Assembly (NCBI GenBank): GCA_964016885.1
Contig: OZ024744.1
Span: 12,710,001 to 12,774,000, forward strand
Origin: Eledone cirrhosa
Lineage: Eukaryota
DNA length: 64,000 nt
Reading direction: 5' to 3'
The stretch's first letter is position 1. Each line of letters opens with the position of its first letter. The notes under the pieces are model-generated. The model worked only from the letters and a program-made list of their open reading frames with translations. It searched no databases and was not told the origin of the DNA. Positions 12,101 through 26,200 of this stretch are shown here, piece after piece. The position numbers and the translations under genes are program-made.

Positions 12101-15100
12101 CCCAGTTCACACTGTAAAGTGGTTGTGTAGGTATCACAACAGAAAGTACCCAGTACACACTGTAAAGTAGTCCTGTAGGTGTCACAACAGAAAGTCCCCA
12201 GTACACACTGTAACGTGGTCATGTAGGTGTCACAACAGAAAGTACCCAGTACACACTGTAACGTGGTTGTGTAGGGATCACAACAAAAAGTACCCAGTAC
12301 ACACTGTAAAGTGGTCATGTAGGTGTCATGACAAAAAGTACCCAGTACACACTGTAAAGTGGTCATATAGGTGTCATAAAAAAAAAGTACCCAGTACACA
12401 CTGTAAAGTAGTCCTGTAGGTGTCACAACAGAAAGTACCCAGTACACACTGTAAAGTGGTCATGTAGGTGTCACAACAGAAAGTACCCAGTACACACTGT
12501 AACGTGGTTGTGTAGGTATCACTACAAAAAGTACCCAGTACACACTGTAAAGTGGTCATGTAGGTGTCATGACAAAAAGTACCCAGTACACACTGTAAAG
12601 TGGTCATGTAGGTGTCATGACAAAAAGTACCCAGTACACACTGTAAAGTAGTCCTGTAGGAGTCACAACAGAAAGTACCCAGTCCACACTGTAAAGAGGT
12701 CATGTAGGTGTTACAACAAAAAGTACCCAGTACACACTGTAAAGTGGTCATGTAGGTATCACAACAAAAAGTACCCAGTCCACACTGTAACGTGGTTATG
12801 TAGGTGTCACAACAAAAAGAACCCAGTCCACACTGAAAGTGGTCATATAGGTATCACAACAAAAAGTACCCAGTACACACTGTAACGTGGCCATGTAGGT
12901 GCCACAACAAACAGTACCCAGTCCACACTGTAAAGTAGTCATGTAGGTGTTACAACAAAAAGTACCCAGTCCACACTGTAAAGTGGTCATGTAGGTGTCA
13001 CAACAGAAAGTAACCATCCGCACTGTAACGTGGTTGTGTAGGTCTCACAACAGAAAGTACCCAGTACACACTGTAAAGTGGTCATGTAGGGCTCACAACA
13101 GAAAGTACCCAGTCCACACTGTAGCCTGGTCATATAGGTGTGACAACAGAAAGTACCCAGTACACACTGTAATGTGGTTATGTAGGTATCATAACAAAAA
13201 GTACCCAGTACACACTGTAAAGTGGTCATGTAGGTGTCATGGCAAAAAGTACCCACTACACACTGTAAAGTGGTCATGTAGGTGTCATGACAAAAAGTAC
13301 CCAGTACACATTGTAAAGTAGTCCTGTAGGAGTCACAACAGAAAGTACCCAGTCCACACTGTAAAGTGGTCATGTAGGTGTCACAACAAAAAGTACCCAG
13401 TCCACACTGTAAAGTAGTCATGTAGGTGTTACAACAAAAAGTACCCAGTCCACACTGTAAAGTGGTCATGTAGGTGTCACAACAGAAAGTACCCCTCCAC
13501 ACTGTAACGTGGTTGTGTAGGTCTCACAACAAAAAGTACCCAGTACACACTGTAAAGTAGTCCTGTAGGAGTCACAACAGAAAGTACCCAGTCCACACTG
13601 TAAAGTGGTCATGTAGGTGTTACAACAAAAAGTACCCAGTAAACACTGTAAAGTGGTCATATAGGTATCACAACAAAAAGTACCCAGTCCACACTGTAAA
13701 GTGGTTATGTAGATGTCACAACAAAAAGTACCCAGTACACACTGTAAAGTGGTTGTGTAGGTATCACAACAGAAAGTACCCAGTACACACTGTAAAGTAG
13801 TCCTGTAGGTGTCACAACAGAAAGTCCCCAGTACACACTGTAACGTGGTCATGTAGGTGTCACAACAGAAAGTACCCAGTACACACTGTAACGTGGTTGT
13901 GTAGGGATCACAACAAAAAGTACCCAGTACACACTGTAAAGTGGTCATGTAGGTGTCATGACAAAAAGTACCCAGTACACACTGTAAAGTGGTCATATAG
14001 GTGTCATAAAAAAAAAGTACCCAGTACACACTGTAAAGTAGTCCTGTAGGTGTCACAACAGAAAGTACCCAGTACACACTGTAAAGTGGTCATGTAGGTG
14101 TCACAACAGAAAGTACCCAGTACACACTGTAACGTGGTTGTGTAGGTATCACTACAAAAAGTACCCAGTACACACTGTAACGTGGTTATGTAGGTGTCAC
14201 AACAAAAAGAACCCAGTCCACACTGAAAGTGGTCATATAGGTATCACAACAAAAAGTACCCAGTACACACTGTAACGTGGTCATGTAGGTGCCACAACAA
14301 AAAGTACCCAGTCCACACTGTAAAGTAGTCATGTAGGTGTTACAACAAAAAGTACCCAGTCCACACTGTAAAGTGGTCATGTAGGTGTCACAACAGAAAG
14401 TACCCATCCGCACTGTAACGTGGATGTCTAGGTCTCACAACAGAAAGTACCCAGTACACACTGTAAAGTGGTCATGTAGGGCTCACAACAGAAAGTACCC
14501 AGTCCACACTGTAGCCTGGTCATATAGGTGTGACAACAGAAAGTACCCAGTACACACTGTAATGTGGTTATGTAGGTATCACAACAAAAAGTACCCAGTA
14601 CACACTGTAAAGTGGTCATGTAGGTGTCATGGCAAAAAGTACCGACTACACACTGTAAAGTGGTCATGTAGGTGTCATGACAAAAAGTACCCAGTACACA
14701 TTGTAAAGTAGTCCTGTAGGAGTCACAACAGAAAGTACCCAGTCCACACTGTAAAGTGGTCATGTAGGTGTCACAACAAAAAGTACCCAGTCCACACTGT
14801 AAAGTAGTCATGTAGGTGTTACAACAAAAAGTACCCAGTCCACACTGTAAAGTGGTCATGTAGGTGTCACAACAGAAAGTACCCCTCCACCCTGTAACGT
14901 GGTTGTGTAGGTCTCACAACAAAAAGTACCCAGTACACACTGTAAAGTAGTCCTGTAGGAGTCACAACAGAAAGTACCCAGTCCACACTGTAAAGTGGTC
15001 ATGTAGGTGTTACAACAAAAAGTACCCAGTACACACTGTAAAGTGGTCATATAGGTATCACAACAAAAAGTACCAAGTCCACACTATAAAGTGGTTATGT

Positions 15101-16660
15101 AGGTGTCACAACAAAAAGTACCCAGTCCACACTGTAAAGTGGTCATGTAGGTATCACAACAAAAAGTACCCAGTCACACTGTAAAGTGGTCATGTAGGTG
15201 TCACAACAGAAAGTACCCATCCACACTGTAACGTGGTTGTGTAGGTGTTACAACAAAAAGTACCCAGTCCACACTGTAAAGTGGTCATGTAGGTCTCACA
15301 ACAGAAAGTACTCACTCCACACAGTAAAGTGGTCATGTAGGTCTCACAACAGAAAGTACCCAGTCCACACTGTAAAGTGGTTGTGTAGGTGTCACAACAG
15401 AAAGTACCCAGTACACACTGTAAAGTGGTCATGTAGGTCTCAAAACAGAAAGTACCCAGTCCACACTGTAGCCTGGTCATATAGGTGTCACAACAGAAAC
15501 TACCCAGAACACACTGTAACGTGGTTATGCAGGTATCACAACAAAAAGTACCCAGTACACACTGTAAAGTGGTCATGTAGGTGTCATGACAAAAAGTACC
15601 CAGTACACACTGTAAAGTAGTCATGTAGGTGTCATGACAAAAAGTACCCAGTACACACTGTAACGTGGTTGTGTAGGTGTCACAACAAAAAGTACCCAGT
15701 ACACACTGTAAAGTGGTTGTGTAGGTATCACAACAGAAAGTACCCAGTACACACTGTAAAGTAGTCCTGTAGGTGTCACAACAGAAAGTACCCAGTCCAC
15801 ACTGTAAAGTAGTTGTGTAGGTATCACAACAGAAAGTACCCAGTACACACTGTAAAGTAGTCCTGTAGGTGTCACAACAGAAAGTCCCCAGTACACACTG
15901 TAACATGGTCATGTAGGTGTCACAACAGAAAGTACCCAGTACACACTGTAACGTGGTTGTGTAGGGATCACAACAAAAAGTACCCAGTACACACTGTAAA
16001 GTTGTCATGAAGGTGTGATGACAAAAAGTACCCACTACACACTGTAAAGTGGTCATGTAGGTGTCATGACAAAAAGTACCCAGTACACGCTGTAAAGTAG
16101 TCCTGTAGGAGTCACAACAGAAAGTACCCAGTCCACACTGTAAAGTGGTCATGTAGGTGTTACAACAAAAAGTACCCAGTACACACTGTAAAGTGGTCAT
16201 GTAGGTATCACAACAAAAAGTACGCAGTCCACACTGTAAAGTAGTCATGTAGGTGTCATGACAAAAAGTACCCAGTACACACTGTAAAGTGGTCATGGAG
16301 GTGTCATGACAAAAAGTACCCAGTACACACTGTAAAGTAGTCCTGTAGGTGCCACAACAAAAAGTACCCAGTCCACACTGTAAAGTGGTCATGTAGGTGT
16401 TACAACAAAAAGAACCCAGTACACACTGTAAAGTGGTCATGTAGGTGTCACAACAGAAAGTACCCAGTACACACTTTAATGTGGTCATGTAGGTGTCACA
16501 ACAAAGAGTACCCAGTCCACACTGTAAAGTGGTCATGTAGGTGTCACAACAAAAAGTACCCAGTCCACACTGTAAAGTAGTCATGTAGGTGTTACAACAA
16601 AAAGTACCCAGTCCACACTGTAAAGTGGTCATGTAGGTGTCACAACAGAAAGTACCCCTC
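4870..16660. repeat. Higher-order repeat, period 5,606 bp (117 monomers), with 5,510- and 5,846-bp length variants
   Basis: ORF offsets are 5,606 (5177/10783, 6086/11692, 7190/12796, 7860/13466), then 5,510 (8676/14186, 9680/15190; two monomers lost) and 5,846 (10783/16629; seven further monomers gained). 117x48-12+2=5606 agrees with the indel monomers counted. Confidence 0.88.
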
Positions 16661-19600
16661 CACACTGTAATATGGTTGTGTAGGTCTCACAACAAAAAGT
16701 ACCCAGTACACACTGTAAAGTAGTCCTGTAGGAGTCACAACAGAAAGTACCCAGTCCACACTGTAAAGTGGTCATGTAGGTGTTACAACAAAAAGTACCC
16801 AGTACACACTGTAAAGTGGTCATATAGGTATCACAACAAAAAGTACCCAGTCCACACTATAAAGTGGTTATGTAGGTGTCACAACAAAAAGTACCCAGTC
16901 CACACTGTAAAGTGGTCATGTAGGTATCACAACAAAAAGTACCCAGTCACACTGTAAAGTGGTCATGTAGGTGTCACAACAGAAAGTACCCATCCACACT
17001 GTAACGTGGTTGTGTAGGTGTTACAACAAAAAGTACCCAGTCCACGCTGTAAAGTGGTCATGTAGGTCTCACAACAGAAAGTACCCAGTCCACACTGTAA
17101 AGTGGTTGTGTAGGTGTCACAACAGAAAGTACCCAGTACACACTGTAAAGTGGTCATGTAGGTCTCAAAACAGAAAGTACCCAGTCCACACTGTAGCCTG
17201 GTCATATAGGTGTCACAACAGAAACTACCCAGAACACACTGTAACGTGGTTATGTAGGTATCACAACAAAAAGTACCCAGTACACACTGTAAAGTGGTCA
17301 TGTAGGTGTCATTACAAAAAGTACCCAGTACACACTGTAAAGTAGTCATGTAGGTGTCATGACAAAAAGTACCCAGTACACACTGTAACGTGGTTGTGTA
17401 GGTGTCACAACAAAAAGTACCCAGTACACACTGTAAAGTGGTCATGTAGGTGTCATGACAAAAAGTACCCACTACACACTGTAAAGTAGTCATGTAGGTG
17501 TTACAACAAAAAGTACCCAGTCCACACTGTAAAGTGGTTATGTAGGTGTCACAACAAAAAGTACCCACTACACACTGTAAAGTGGTCATGTAGGTGTCAT
17601 GACAAAAAATACCCAGTACACACTGTAAAGTGGTCATGTAGGTGTCAGAACAGAAAGTACACAGTACACACTGTAACGTGGTCATGTAGGTGTCACAACA
17701 AAGAGTACCCAGTCCACACTGTAAAGTGGTCATGTAGCTGTCACAACAAAAAGTACCCAGTCCACACTGTAAAGTAGTTATGTAGGTGTCATGACAAAAA
17801 GCACCCAGTACACACTGTAACGTGGTTGTGTAGGTGTCACAACAAAAAGTACCCAGTACACACTGTAAAGTGGTTGTGTAGGTATCACAACAGAAAGTAC
17901 CCAGTACACACTGTAAAGTAGTCCTGTAGGTGTCACAACAGAAAGTACCCAGTTCACACTGTAAAGTGGTTGTGTAGGTATCACAACAGAAAGTACCCAG
18001 TACACACTGTAAAGTAGTCCTGTAGGTGTCACAACAGAAAGTCCCCAGTACACACTGTAACGTGGTTATGTAGGTGTCACAACAGAAAGTACCCAGTACA
18101 CACTGTAACGTGGTTGTGTAGGGATCACAACAAAAAGTACCCAGTACACACTGTAAAGTGGTCATGTAGGTGTCATGACAAAAAGTACCCAGTACACACT
18201 GTAAAGTGGTCATATAGGTGTCATAAAAAAAAGTACCCAGTACACACTGTAAAGTAGTCCTGTAGGTGTCACAACAGAAAGTACCCAGTACACACTGTAA
18301 AGTGGTCATGTAGGTGTCACAACAGAAAGTACCCAGTACACACTGTAACGTGGTTGTGTAGGTATCACTACAAAAAGTACCCAGTACACACTGTAAAGTG
18401 GTCATGTAGGTGTCATGACAAAAAGTACCCAGTACACACTGTAAAGTGGTCATGTAGGTGTCATGACAAAAAGTACCCAGTACACACTGTAAAGTAGTCC
18501 TGTAGGAGTCACAACAGAAAGTACCCAGTCCACACTGTAAAGTGGTCATGTAGGTGTTACAACAAAAAGTACCCAGTACACACTGTAAAATGGTCATGTA
18601 GGTATCACAACAAAAAGTACCCAGTCCACACTGTAACGTGGTTATGTAGGTGTCACAACAAAAAGAACCCAGTCCACACTGAAAGTGGTCATATAGGTAT
18701 CACAACAAAAAGTACCCAGTACACACTGTAACGTGGTCATGTAGGTGCCACAACAAAAAGTACCCAGTCCACACTGTAAAGTAGTCATGTAGGTGTTACA
18801 ACAAAAAGTACCCAGTCCACACTGTAAAGTGGTCATGTAGGTGTCACAACAGAAAGTAACCATCCGCACTGTAACGTGGTTGTGTAGGTCTCACAACAGA
18901 AAGTACCCAGTACACACTGTAAAGTGGTCATGTAGGGCTCACAACAGAAAGTACCCAGTCCACACTGTAGCCTGGTCATATAGGTGTGACAACAGAAAGT
19001 ATCCAGTACACACTGTAATGTGGTTATGTAGGTATCACAACAAAAAGTACCCAGTACACACTGTAAAGTGGTCATGTAGGTGTCATGGCAAAAAGTACCC
19101 ACTACACACTGTAAAGTGGTCATGTAGGTGTCATGACAAAAAGTACCCAGTACACATTGTAAAGTAGTCCTGTAGGAGTCACAACAGAAAGTACCCAGTC
19201 CACACTGTAAAGTGGTCATGTAGGTGTCACAACAAAAAGTACCCAGTCCACACTGTAAAGTAGTCATGTAGGTGTTACAACAAAAAGTACCCAGTCCACA
19301 CTGTAAAGTGGTCATGTAGGTGTCACAACAGAAAGTACCCCCTCCACACTGTAACGTGGTTGTGTAGGTCTCACAACAAAAAGTACCCAGTACACACTGT
19401 AAAGTAGTCCTGTAGGAGTCACAACAGAAAGTACCCAGTCCACACTGTAAAGTGGTCATGTAGGTGTTACAACAAAAAGTACCCAGTAAACACTGTAAAG
19501 TGGTCATATAGGTATCACAACAAAAAGTACCCAGTCCACACTGTAAAGTGGTTATGTAGGTGTCACAACAAAAAGTACCCAGTACACACTGTAAAGTAGT

Positions 19601-22600
19601 CATGTAGGTGTCATGACAAAAAGTACCCAGTACACACTGTAACGTGGTTATGTAGATGTCACAACAAAAAGTACCCAGTACACACTGTAAAGTGGTTGTG
19701 TAGGTATCACAACAGAAAGTACCCAGTACACACTGTAAAGTAGTCCTGTAGGTGTCACAACAGAAAGTCCCCAGTACACACTGTAACGTGGTCATGTAGG
19801 TGTCACAACAGAAAGTACCCAGTACACACTGTAACGTGGTTGTGTAGGGATCACAACAAAAAGTACCCAGTACACACTGTAAAGTTGTCATGTAGGTGTC
19901 ATGACAAAAAGTACCCAGTACACACTGTAAAGTAGTCATGTAGGTGTCATGACAAAAAGTACCCAGTACACACTGTAACGTGGTTGTGTAGGTGTCACAA
20001 CAAAAAGTACCCAGTACACACTGTAAAGTGGTTGTGTAGGTATCACAACAGAAAGTACCCAGTACACACTGTAAAGTAGTCCTGTAGGTGTCACAACAGA
20101 AAGTACCCAGTCCACACTGTAAAGTAGTTGTGTAGGTATCACAACAGAAAGTACCCAGTACACACTGTAAAGTAGTCCTGTAGGTGTCACAACAGAAAGT
20201 CCCCAGTACACACTGTAACATGGTCATGTAGGTGTCACAACAGAAAGTACCCAGTACACACTGTAACGTGGTTGTGTAGGGATCACAACAAAAAGTACCC
20301 AGTACACACTGTAAAGTTGTCATGAAGGTGTCATGACAAAAAGTACCCACTACACACTGTAAAGTGGTCATGTAGGTGTCATGACAAAAAGTACCCAGTA
20401 CACGCTGTAAAGTAGTCCTGTAGGAGTCACAACAGAAAGTACCCAGTCCACACTGTAAAGTGGTCATGTAGGTGTTACAACAAAAAGTACCCAGTACACA
20501 CTGTAAAGTGGTCATGTAGGTATCACAACAAAAAGTACGCAGTCCACACTGTAAAGTAGTCATGTAGGTGTCATGACAAAAAGTACCCAGTACACACTGT
20601 AAAGTGGTCATGGAGGTGTCATGACAAAAAGTACCCAGTACACACTGTAAAGTAGTCCTGTAGGTGCCACAACAAAAAGTACCCAGTCCACACTGTAAAG
20701 TGGTCATGTAGGTGTTACAACAAAAAGAACCCAGTACACACTGTAAAGTGGTCATGTAGGTGTCACAACAGAAAGTACCCAGTACACACTTTAATGTGGT
20801 CATGTAGGTGTCACAACAAAGAGTACCCAGTCCACACTGTAAAGTGGTCATGTAGGTGTCACAACAAAAAGTACCCAGTCCACACTGTAAAGTAGTCATG
20901 TAGGTGTTACAACAAAAAGTACCCAGTCCACACTGTAAAGTGGTCATGTAGGTGTCACAACAGAAAGTACCCCTCCACACTGTAATGTGGTTGTGTAGGT
21001 CTCACAACAAAAAGTACCCAGTACACACTGTAAAGTAGTCCTGTAGGAGTCACAACAGAAAGTACCCAGTCCACACTGTAAAGTGGTCATGTAGGTGTTA
21101 CAACAAAAAGTACCCAGTACACACTGTAAAGTGGTCATATAGGTATCACAACAAAAAGTACCCAGTCCACACTATAAAGTGGTTATGTAGGTGTCACAAC
21201 AAAAAGTACCCAGTCCACACTGTAAAGTGGTCATGTAGGTATCACAACAAAAAGTACCCAGTCACACTGTAAAGTGGTCATGTAGGTGTCACAACAGAAA
21301 GTACCCATCCACACTGTAACGTGGTTGTGTAGGTGTTACAACAAAAAGTACCCAGTCCACGCTGTAAAGTGGTCATGTAGGTCTCACAACAGAAAGTACC
21401 CAGTCCACACTGTAAAGTGGTTGTGTAGGTGTCACAACAGAAAGTACCCAGTACACACTGTAAAGTGGTCATGTAGGTCTCAAAACAGAAAGTACCCAGT
21501 CCACACTGTAGCCTGGTCATATAGGTGTCACAACAGAAACTACCCAGAACACACTGTAACGTGGTTATGTAGGTATCACAACAAAAAGTACCCAGTACAC
21601 ACTGTAAAGTGGTCATGTAGGTGTCATTACAAAAAGTACCCAGTACACACTGTAAAGTAGTCATGTAGGTGTCATGACAAAAAGTACCCAGTACACACTG
21701 TAACGTGGTTGTGTAGGTGTCACAACAAAAAGTACCCAGTACACACTGTAAAGTGGTCATGTAGGTGTCATGACAAAAAGTACCCACTACACACTGTAAA
21801 GTAGTCATGTAGGTGTTACAACAAAAAGTACCCAGTCCACACTGTAAAGTGGTTATGTAGGTGTCACAACAAAAAGTACCCACTACACACTGTAAAGTGG
21901 TCATGTAGGTGTCATGACAAAAAATACCCAGTACACACTGTAAAGTGGTCATGTAGGTGTCAGAACAGAAAGTACACAGTACACACTGTAACGTGGTCAT
22001 GTAGGTGTCACAACAAAGAGTACGCAGTCCACACTGTAAAGTGGTCATGTAGCTGTCACAACAAAAAGTACCCAGTCCACACTGTAAAGTAGTTATGTAG
22101 GTGTCATGACAAAAAGCACCCAGTACACACTGTAACGTGGTTGTGTAGGTGTCACAACAAAAAGTACCCAGTACACACTGTAAAGTGGTTGTGTAGGTAT
22201 CACAACAGAAAGTACCCAGTACACACTGTAAAGTAGTCCTGTAGGTGTCACAACAGAAAGTACCCAGTTCACACTGTAAAGTGGTTGTGTAGGTTTCACA
22301 ACAGAAAGTACCCAGTACACACTGTAAAGTAGTCCTGTAGGTGTCACAACAGAAAGTCCCCAGTACACACTGTAACGTGGTCATGTAGGTGTCACAACAG
22401 AAAGTACCCAGTACACACTGTAACGTGGTTGTGTAGGGATCACAACAAAAAGTACCCAGTACACACTGTAAAGTGGTCATGTAGGTGTCATGACAAAAAG
22501 TACCCAGTACACACTGTAAAGTGGTCATATAGGTGTCATAAAAAAAAAGTACCCAGTACACACTGTAAAGTAGTCCTGTAGGTGTCACAACAGAAAGTAC

Positions 22601-24200
22601 CCAGTACACACTGTAAAGTGGTCATGTAGGTGTCACAACAGAAAGTACCCAGTACACACTGTAACGTGGTTGTGTAGGTATCACTACAAAAAGTACCCAG
22701 TACACACTGTAAAGTGGTCATGTAGGTGTCATGACAAAAAGTACCCAGTACACACTGTAAAGTGGTCATGTAGGTGTCATGACAAAAAGTACCCAGTACA
22801 CACTGTAAAGTAGTCCTGTAGGAGTCACAACAGAAAGTACCCAGTCCACACTGTAAAGTGGTCATGTAGGTGTTACAACAAAAAGTACCCAGTACACACT
22901 GTAAAATGGTCATGTAGGTATCACAACAAAAAGTACCCAGTCCACACTGTAACGTGGTTATGTAGGTGTCACAACAAAAAGAACCCAGTCCACACTGAAA
23001 GTGGTCATATAGGTATCACAACAAAAAGTACCCAGTACACACTGTAACGTGGTCATGTAGGTGCCACAACAAAAAGTACCCAGTCCACACTGTAAAGTAG
23101 TCATGTAGGTGTTACAACAAAAAGTACCCAGTCCACACTGTAAAGTGGTCATGTAGGTGTCACAACAGAAAGTAACCATCCGCACTGTAACGTGGTTGTG
23201 TAGGTCTCACAACAGAAAGTACCCAGTACACACTGTAAAGTGGTCATGTAGGGCTCACAACAGAAAGTACCCAGTCCACACTGTAGCCTGGTCATATAGG
23301 TGTGACAACAGAAAGTACCCAGTACACACTGTAATGTGGTTATGTAGGTATCACAACAAAAAGTACCCAGTACACACTGTAAAGTGGTCATGTAGGTGTC
23401 ATGGCAAAAAGTACCCACTACACACTGTAAAGTGGTCATGTAGGTGTCATGACAAAAAGTACCCAGTACACATTGTAAAGTAGTCCTGTAGGAGTCACAA
23501 CAGAAAGTACCCAGTCCACACTGTAAAGTGGTCATGTAGGTGTCACAACAAAAAGTACCCAGTCCACACTGTAAAGTAGTCATGTAGGTGTTACAACAAA
23601 AAGTACCCAGTCCACACTGTAAAGTGGTCATGTAGGTGTCACAACAGAAAGTACCCCTCCACACTGTAACGTGGTTGTGTAGGTCTCACAACAAAAAGTA
23701 CCCAGTACACACTGTAAAGTAGTCCTGTAGGAGTCACAACAGAAAGTACCCAGTCCACACTGTAAAGTGGTCATGTAGGTGTTACAACAAAAAGTACCCA
23801 GTAAACACTGTAAAGTGGTCATATAGGTATCACAACAAAAAGTACCCAGTCCACACTGTAAAGTGGTTATGTAGGTGTCACAACAAAAAGTACCCAGTAC
23901 ACACTGTAAAGTAGTCATGTAGGTGTCATGACAAAAAGTACCCAGTACACACTGTAACGTGGTTATGTAGATGTCACAACAAAAAGTACCCAGTACACAC
24001 TGTAAAGTGGTTGTGTAGGTATCACAACAGAAAGTACCCAGTACACACTGTAAAGTAGTCCTGTAGGTGTCACAACAGAAAGTCCCCAGTACACACTGTA
24101 ACGTGGTCATGTAGGTGTCACAACAGAAAGTACCCAGTACACACTGTAACGTGGTTGTGTAGGGATCACAACAAAAAGTACCCAGTACACACTGTAAAGT
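15570..24200. repeat. Higher-order duplication, period 4,315-4,316 bp (90 monomers)
   Basis: ORF offsets: 15621/19936, 16629/20944, 16963/21278, 18642/22958, 18833/23149. Shared rare variants include gtagctgtc (~17735/22050) and gtaaaatgg (~18587/22902). Confidence 0.85.
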
Positions 24201-26200
24201 GGTCATGTAGGTGTCATGACAAAAAGTACCCAGTACACACTGTAAAGTGGTCATATAGGTGTCATAAAAAAAAAGTACCCAGTACACACTGTAAAGTAGT
24301 CCTGTAGGTGTCACAACAGAAAGTACCCAGTACACACTGTAAAGTGGTCATGTAGGTGTCACAACAGAAAGTACCCAGTACACACTGTAACGTGGTTGTG
24401 TAGGTATCACTACAAAAAGTACCCAGTACACACTGTAACGTGGTTATGTAGGTGTCACAACAAAAAGAACCCAGTCCACACTGAAAGTGGTCATATAGGT
24501 ATCACAACAAAAAGTACCCAGTACACACTGTAACGTGGTCATGTAGGTGCCACAACAAAAAGTACCCAGTCCACACTGTAAAGTAGTCATGTAGGTGTTA
24601 CAACAAAAAGTACCCAGTCCACACTGTAAAGTGGTCATGTAGGTGTCACAACAGAAAGTACCCATCCGCACTGTAACGTGGTTGTCTAGGTCTCACAACA
24701 GAAAGTACCCAGTACACACTGTAAAGTGGTCATGTAGGGCTCACAACAGAAAGTACCCAGTCCACACTGTAGCCTGGTCATATAGGTGTGACAACAGAAA
24801 GTACCCAGTACACACTGTAATGTGGTTATGTAGGTATCACAACAAAAAGTACCCAGTACACACTGTAAAGTGGTCATGTAGGTGTCATGGCAAAAAGTAC
24901 CCACTACACACTGTAAAGTGGTCATGTAGGTGTCATGACAAAAAGTACCCAGTACACATTGTAAAGTAGTCCTGTAGGAGTCACAACAGAAAGTACCCAG
25001 TCCACACTGTAAAGTGGTCATGTAGGTGTCACAACAAAAAGTACCCAGTCCACACTGTAAAGTAGTCATGTAGGTGTTACAACAAAAAGTACCCAGTCCA
25101 CACTGTAAAGTGGTCATGTAGGTGTCACAACAGAAAGTACCCCTCCACACTGTAACGTGGTTGTGTAGGTCTCACAACAAAAAGTACCCAGTACACACTG
25201 TAAAGTAGTCCTGTAGGAGTCACAACAGAAAGTACCCAGTCCACACTGTAAAGTGGTCATGTAGGTGTTACAACAAAAAGTACCCAGTACACACTGTAAA
25301 GTGGTCATATAGGTATCACAACAAAAAGTACCAAGTCCACACTATAAAGTGGTTATGTAGGTGTCACAACAAAAAGTACCCAGTCCACACTGTAAAGTGG
25401 TCATGTAGGTATCACAACAAAAAGTACCCAGTCACACTGTAAAGTGGTCATGTAGGTGTCACAACAGAAAGTACCCATCCACACTGTAACGTGGTTGTGT
25501 AGGTGTTACAACAAAAAGTACCCAGTCCACACTGTAAAGTGGTCATGTAGGTCTCACAACAGAAAGTACTCACTCCACACAGTAAAGTGGTCATGTAGGT
25601 CTCACAACAGAAAGTACCCAGTCCACACTGTAAAGTGGTTGTGTAGGTGTCACAACAGAAAGTACCCAGTACACACTGTAAAGTGGTCATGTAGGTCTCA
25701 AAACAGAAAGTACCCAGTCCACACTGTAGCCTGGTCATATAGGTGTCACAACAGAAACTACCCAGAACACACTGTAATGTGGTTATGTAGGTATCACAAC
25801 AAAAAGTACCCAGTACACACTGTAAAGTGGTCATGTAGGTGTCATGACAAAAAGTACCCAGTACACACTGTAAAGTAGTCATGTAGGTGTCATGACAAAA
25901 AGTACCCAGTACACACTGTAACGTGGTTGTGTAGGTGTCACAACAAAAAGTACCCAGTACACACTGTAAAGTGGTTGTGTAGGTATCACAACAGAAAGTA
26001 CCCAGTACACACTGTAAAGTAGTCCTGTAGGTGTCACAACAGAAAGTACCCAGTCCACACTGTAAAGTGGTTGTGTAGGTATCACAACAGAAAGTACCCA
26101 GTACACACTGTAAAGTAGTCCTGTAGGTGTCACAACAGAAAGTCCCCAGTACACACTGTAACATGGTCATGTAGGTGTCACAACAGAAAGTACCCAGTAC
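22093..26200. repeat. Distal copy of block ~6325-10430 (offset 15,768 bp)
   Basis: Constant ORF offset of 15,768: 6325/22093, 6768/22536, 7190/22958, 7860/23628, 8676/24444, 9346/25114, 9680/25448, 10111/25879. Confidence 0.85.
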
